A stretch of 32,000 bases of DNA from an uncultured Opitutales bacterium (GTDB lineage: Bacteria; Verrucomicrobiota; Verrucomicrobiia; Opitutales; Intestinicryptomonadaceae). The notes beneath the pieces were generated by a model. It was not told the DNA's origin. It saw only the letters and a program-made list of their open reading frames with translations, and did not search any database. The position numbers and the translations under genes are program-made. The stretch is from the NCBI GenBank assembly GCA_934660865.1, contig CAKUIA010000005.1, positions 30,001-62,000 of the forward strand, read 5' to 3'. The stretch's first letter is position 1, and each line of letters opens with the position of its first letter. This document shows positions 27,975 to 32,000 of the stretch, one piece after another.

Positions 27975-29927
27975 TTAGCTTAATTTAGAACGAATATCGG
28001 CTTCTTTGCCGAGCGAGTCAAGCAATTTGTCGAGATTTTCGCGCGCGTCGGCTTTCGCCTTTAAAAGGGCTTCGTCGCTAGAGGCCGCTTCTTTGGCAAA
28101 AACATAGAACTTGATTTTCGGCTCCGTGCCCGAAGCTCTAACTGCAATCTTATAGCCGTTTTCAAGCTCGTAAAAGAAGAATGTTTCTTTGGGAACTGCA
28201 ATGTTGTCGGCGTCTAAAATCGTGTCGGTTGCAAAATTGGTAAATTTTGCGACTTTTTGCCCCGCCAATTCCTTTAGGGGCTGTTCTACCAAGCTTTTTA
28301 GAATGTTGGCAATCTTTTGCGAGCCGCTTGCGCCCTCGTAGTAAATGCTCTTTAAATCCTCCAAAAAGTATCCGTATTTTTTGTAGATTTCGTCGAGATA
28401 CTCCTCCACGCTTTGGCCTTTGCTTTCCAAGTCGGCAAGCATTTCCGAGAACATTATCACCGCCGAATTTGCGTCTTTGTCTCTAAGCGAGTCTACGCCC
28501 AAAAAGCCGTAGCTTTCCTCGTCGCCCATAACAAAGAATGTGGAATATTTCTGCAAAAGCTTTGCCCTTTCAAGATACTTCGAGTTGCGGTAGTCGAAAT
28601 CGGGCATGGCGGCCAAAAGCTTTTTTTCGTAGGCGAGCATGCGCGCGCCAATCCATTTAAAGCCCGTAAGAACGTTTATGCACTTTACGCCCTCGCCCTC
28701 GGCTATGGCGTCCTGCAAGGGCGTTGTTACAAACGACTTTATTATTGCGCAGTTTTTCGGGCTCTCGATTATGCCGAGCTTTTTCATTTTGCCTATTCTG
28801 TAGGCTATAAGCAGCGCCCCTATGGTATTTCCCGTAATCAGGCGCATTTTGCCGCTTTTTGTGCGAATGGCCGCCCCCATTCGGTCGGCGTCGGGATCGG
28901 TGGCAACAAGGCACTGCGCGCCGCATTTTTCGGCCAAAGCCATACCCATCGACATTGTTTCGGGATATTCGGGGTTTGGCTGCTTTACCGTGGGGAAACG
29001 CGGGTCCATAACCATTTGCTCTTCCACAAAAACGGGGTCCAGCCCGAAGTGGCGCATAACCTTAGGGCACATAACCGCCCCCGTGCCGTGTATTGCCGAA
29101 TATACTATTTTGGGCTTTCTTTCCCTTAAAATTTCCTTGTCTACAACGCAGTCTTCTATGCTCGAAACATAGTCGTTTTCCACGCTTTCGGGAACGGTTA
29201 AAACACCGGCGGTATCTATTGCAACAAACTTTGCGGCCTCGGCCAGCGGTGTTTTGTTTACGTTGTCTACAATACCTTCGGCGTGGGGGCTTGTTGCCTG
29301 CGCACCGTCGTTAAAGTAAACTTTGTAGCCGTTGTCGGAGGGCGGGTTGTGCGAGGCGGTAATAACAATGCCCGCGGTTGCGTTCATTTTCCTTACCGTA
29401 TACGAAAGTTGCGGGGTTGAACGTGCGCCGCAAAAGACGTAGGCAGTTCCCCCCATTTTTGTCCAAACGCTTGCGCACAAGTCGCAAAAGTGTTTCGAAA
29501 AGTGGCGCACATCGTGCGCAATTACCAGCAGGGGTGTGCCCGACTTCGTGTTTTTGCAAAATTCGGCGCAATATTTATACAGGCCCAAAGTTGCCCTTGC
29601 CACGATAATGTCGTTCATATTGTTCGAGCCTACCGCCGCATGCTCGGGCGTGCCCTGTGCGGAAACTTTGCCCAACTCGAATTTTGTGGGGTTTTTTGCG
29701 ATGGTTTTGCCGCGCATACCGCCCGTGCCGAACGCCAAGTTTTTAAAAAAGCGGTCGTTTAACTCGTCAAACTTTTTTTCGGACAGCAATTCGCCTATCG
29801 AATTTAACGCCCAATCCTCCAAAAAGCCGCCGCCAACCCAGTCTTTTAGGTTTTGCGCCGCGCTATCTAGCAGTTTATTGTCGTTTTTTGCGGAATCAAT
29901 TTGCTCTAATAAAAGTTTAACGTTCAT
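27975..29927 (-). CDS. Alpha-D-phosphohexomutase, PgcA/PGM2-like (phosphoglucomutase/phosphomannomutase family)
   Basis: 650 aa. FGTGGMRG and active-site serine loop ITASHNPPSDNGYKVYFNDG. Metal-binding DPDADR. GDEESYG sugar-binding loop. Confidence 0.9.
   Translation of the reverse strand: MNVKLLLEQIDSAKNDNKLLDSAAQNLKDWVGGGFLEDWALNSIGELLSEKKFDELNDRFFKNLAFGTGGMRGKTIAKNPTKFELGKVSAQGTPEHAAVGSNNMNDIIVARATLGLYKYCAEFCKNTKSGTPLLVIAHDVRHFSKHFCDLCASVWTKMGGTAYVFCGARSTPQLSYTVRKMNATAGIVITASHNPPSDNGYKVYFNDGAQATSPHAEGIVDNVNKTPLAEAAKFVAIDTAGVLTVPESVENDYVSSIEDCVVDKEILRERKPKIVYSAIHGTGAVMCPKVMRHFGLDPVFVEEQMVMDPRFPTVKQPNPEYPETMSMGMALAEKCGAQCLVATDPDADRMGAAIRTKSGKMRLITGNTIGALLIAYRIGKMKKLGIIESPKNCAIIKSFVTTPLQDAIAEGEGVKCINVLTGFKWIGARMLAYEKKLLAAMPDFDYRNSKYLERAKLLQKYSTFFVMGDEESYGFLGVDSLRDKDANSAVIMFSEMLADLESKGQSVEEYLDEIYKKYGYFLEDLKSIYYEGASGSQKIANILKSLVEQPLKELAGQKVAKFTNFATDTILDADNIAVPKETFFFYELENGYKIAVRASGTEPKIKFYVFAKEAASSDEALLKAKADARENLDKLLDSLGKEADIRSKLS
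27993..28021 (-). promoter_or_regulatory. Sigma-70-like promoter candidate for leuL-leuA, embedded in the 3' end of the upstream coding region
   Basis: Minus strand reads TTGACT (28021-28016), 17-nt spacer, GATATT (27998-27993). About 20 nt upstream of the leader ATG. Confidence 0.45.
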
Positions 29928-30001
29928 AGCTTAATGGTTTTAATCGCATTTTTTGGAAAATCAACAAGTAAACATCTTGTTTTGTAAAAAAATTTTTCGC
30001 G

Positions 30002-30030
30002 TTGACTATGCTTTAAAGTAAAATTTTTAT
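30002..30030 (+). promoter_or_regulatory. Sigma-70-like promoter candidate for the GDPD gene
   Basis: TTGACT (30002-30007), 17-nt spacer, TTTTAT (30025-30030). ATG at 30041. Confidence 0.35.
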
Positions 30031-30040
30031 GTAAACACAT

Positions 30041-30868
30041 ATGATGAACACGAAAAATTTTAAAATCGGAATTTTAACGGTGGCGTTAAGCGCATTTGGC
30101 GCAGGCGCATTGCAGGCCGGCTATGTTGTAGCCCACAGGGGAGAATCGCATTTGCGCCCGCAAAATACAACCGAGTCCATGTCGCTTGCCTGGCAAAACG
30201 GTATAAAGTATGTAGAGGGCGACTTCCATTCGACAAAGGGAGGCGACATTGTTTGCGTGCACGTTCAGCACGAGTTCGAAGAATTTTACGGCATAAAAAA
30301 GCCCATTGCTTCGCTTACAAAAGACGAAGTTGCCAACGCCAAGCTTGCCAACAAAAGATGGGAAAAATACAACGGCCTGCCGCTGCCTAAAATAGAGGAT
30401 ATTTTTAAGATTCAGCCCAAAGACGGCGTTTTGGTTTTGGAAATTAAGAATATGGACGAAACCTTTATGCAAAAGGTAGACGCCGCAAGAAAGGCGAACA
30501 ATTTGCCCAAAAGCGCGATTGTGTTTATTGCCTTTAACTTTAACCATCTTGTTTCCGTAAAAAAATTCGACAAAGACTATAAATGCCTTTGGCTTTACGG
30601 CCTTAACGAAAAGAACGTTAAAAAAGACCTTACCCCCGACAAAGTAATCAAACGCATAAAAGCCGCGGGCTTTGAGGGCGTAGACGTAGGCGGCACAAAG
30701 TTTATAGACGAAGACTATGTACAGGCATTTAAACAGGCAAACCTTGAATTTTTGGTTTGGACTGTAGACAGCGACGCGGAAGCCAAACGCCTTTTGGAAA
30801 TAGGCGTAGACGCCATTACAACCAACCGCGCAACCGACATGAAAAAGAAGCTGCGCCTGGGCAGATAG
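30041..30868 (+). CDS. Glycerophosphodiester phosphodiesterase (GDPD) family protein, secreted
   Basis: 275 aa. Signal peptide. VVAHRGESHLRPQNTTESM...EGDFHSTKGGDIVCVH matches the GDPD HRG...EN...E.D core. C-terminal VWTVD...GVDAITTN. Confidence 0.8.
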   Translation: MMNTKNFKIGILTVALSAFGAGALQAGYVVAHRGESHLRPQNTTESMSLAWQNGIKYVEGDFHSTKGGDIVCVHVQHEFEEFYGIKKPIASLTKDEVANAKLANKRWEKYNGLPLPKIEDIFKIQPKDGVLVLEIKNMDETFMQKVDAARKANNLPKSAIVFIAFNFNHLVSVKKFDKDYKCLWLYGLNEKNVKKDLTPDKVIKRIKAAGFEGVDVGGTKFIDEDYVQAFKQANLEFLVWTVDSDAEAKRLLEIGVDAITTNRATDMKKKLRLGR

Positions 30869-30915
30869 TTTAAGATCCAACAAGATTTTGCAAAAAAACA
30901 AGGAAGAAGAAATTG

Positions 30916-32000
30916 ATGAAAAAACTGTCTATATACCTATCCATATTGATGATGGCCACCGCCGCGCAAGTTGGCATTGGCGCGGAGAAAGCCGTAGCGC
31001 CAATCGACTACACAAACCTGCTTTTGGGAACGGATATTTTCCCCTATCCCGAATTGGCGGGGCACAATTCGCAAGACCCCGATTTCGGGCTATATGCCAA
31101 CGAAATTGTCGGCCCCAGAATGCCCGACGGAATGGTGTCGCCTTCGCCTTTAACAAGCTTTAGGGGCATAACATACCATGCGCGCGGCGCGGGCTATTGC
31201 CACTCCGACAAATACATTATAGGCTTTTCGCAGCTAAATACCGAGTATAACTCGTATATGAACCCGATAATAATGCCCGTTGTAGGCAGGCTTTATACGG
31301 CTTCGGGCGACGCCGACGACACCGTTGGCTACCGCGTGGAAAAAGATTCGGCAACAGAAATCGCAAAGCCGTATTACTACACTGTTCAGCTGAAAAACGG
31401 CGTTAAAGCCGAAATTACAACCACAAAGCACGTCGGGTTTTACCGCTACACATTCCCAAAAAGCGTAAAATCAAAAATTTTGCTGGATTTGGCGGCAACC
31501 CACAAGCACTCGAAAATTACCGACGCCTGGCTAAAGGTTGTAGACAACAACACCGTTGAAGGCTACCAAAAGCTTGATTTGCCGCAGTCTTTTAACTACT
31601 ACGGCAACAATGTATATTTTGTAGCAAAGTTCGACAAGCCCTACCGCTGCTTCGCCTTGTGGAACGACAAGCAGATATACCAAACCGACTGGGCGTTAAG
31701 GCAGGTAGAAAAATCGGGAGGGGTATCAAAACTCGGCATGTTCGGCGACTACTGCACAAGCGAGGGCGAGCAAATACAAGTTAAAATTGCAATCTCGCCC
31801 ATAAGCATTAAAGACGCGTATGCCAAGCTCGAAAGCGAAACTCCTAATTGGGATTTTGCGGCCACAGCCGAAAAATGCAAAAACGCATGGGAAAATCTCT
31901 TCTCGAAAATACAGGTTGAAGGCGGAAGCGACGACCAAAAAGCCCTGTTTTACACTTCGATTTTGCGTTGTGCAAGGTTTGCCGAAGTGGAAAACATAAG
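30916..32000 (+). CDS. Second GH92-family protein, divergent N-terminus, 3'-truncated by the window edge
   Basis: Not in the ORF track because it has no stop in the window. I translated frame 1 from the ATG at 30916 to 32000 and found no stop. Signal peptide MKKLSIYLSILMMATAAQVG. GH92 N-domain signatures EIAKPYYYTVQLKNGVKAEITTTKHVGFYRYTFP and ISPISIKDAYAKLESE...FYTSILR. Confidence 0.8.
   Translation, partial: MKKLSIYLSILMMATAAQVGIGAEKAVAPIDYTNLLLGTDIFPYPELAGHNSQDPDFGLYANEIVGPRMPDGMVSPSPLTSFRGITYHARGAGYCHSDKYIIGFSQLNTEYNSYMNPIIMPVVGRLYTASGDADDTVGYRVEKDSATEIAKPYYYTVQLKNGVKAEITTTKHVGFYRYTFPKSVKSKILLDLAATHKHSKITDAWLKVVDNNTVEGYQKLDLPQSFNYYGNNVYFVAKFDKPYRCFALWNDKQIYQTDWALRQVEKSGGVSKLGMFGDYCTSEGEQIQVKIAISPISIKDAYAKLESETPNWDFAATAEKCKNAWENLFSKIQVEGGSDDQKALFYTSILRCARFAEVENI

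Overview
This is a chromosomal window made up mostly of core metabolism, from a moderate-GC bacterium. I cannot fix the taxon from sequence alone. Many starts lack a Shine-Dalgarno, the -35 boxes are TTGAC-type, the trp operon is trpB-first and there are many secreted glycoside hydrolases. That suggests a glycan-foraging FCB/PVC-like organism, but this is a guess.

Gene content, left to right:
- carB (5'-truncated) then carA, in inverted order.
- A complete trp operon, trpB-E-G-D-C-F-A, preceded by an untracked Trp-rich leader peptide with a terminator/antiterminator (attenuator).
- A tight gmhA-GH92-ROK kinase operon.
- A GH2 enzyme (beta-mannosidase/exo-glucosaminidase-like).
- A eukaryote-type UAP1/UDPGP sugar-1-phosphate uridylyltransferase (-).
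- An orphan cytoplasmic PAS histidine kinase.
- A minus-strand chaperone block: dnaK, groES-groEL and an FmdB-type zinc-ribbon gene.
- GH28.
- A solitary long-form leuA (-), preceded by a Leu-rich leader peptide and attenuator.
- A PgcA/PGM2-like phosphohexomutase (-).
- A secreted GDPD phosphodiesterase.
- A second, divergent GH92 that runs off the right edge. It is absent from the ORF track because it has no stop in the window.

I saw no tRNA/rRNA, CRISPR, transposase, integrase, phage or recognisable defence genes, and I do not find a new multi-gene system. The most interesting content is regulatory and contextual:
- Two independent leader-peptide attenuators (trp and leu) share the same architecture.
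- A dense set of dyad symmetries and a near-consensus sigma-54 -24/-12 element lie in front of dnaK.
- The glycosidase, kinase, mutase and UAP1 genes could form a mannoside/N-glycan harvesting route with eukaryote-like GlcNAc salvage.

Several ORF-track starts are over-extended (dnaK, trpF, trpE, ROK kinase, histidine kinase, zinc ribbon) and are corrected below.
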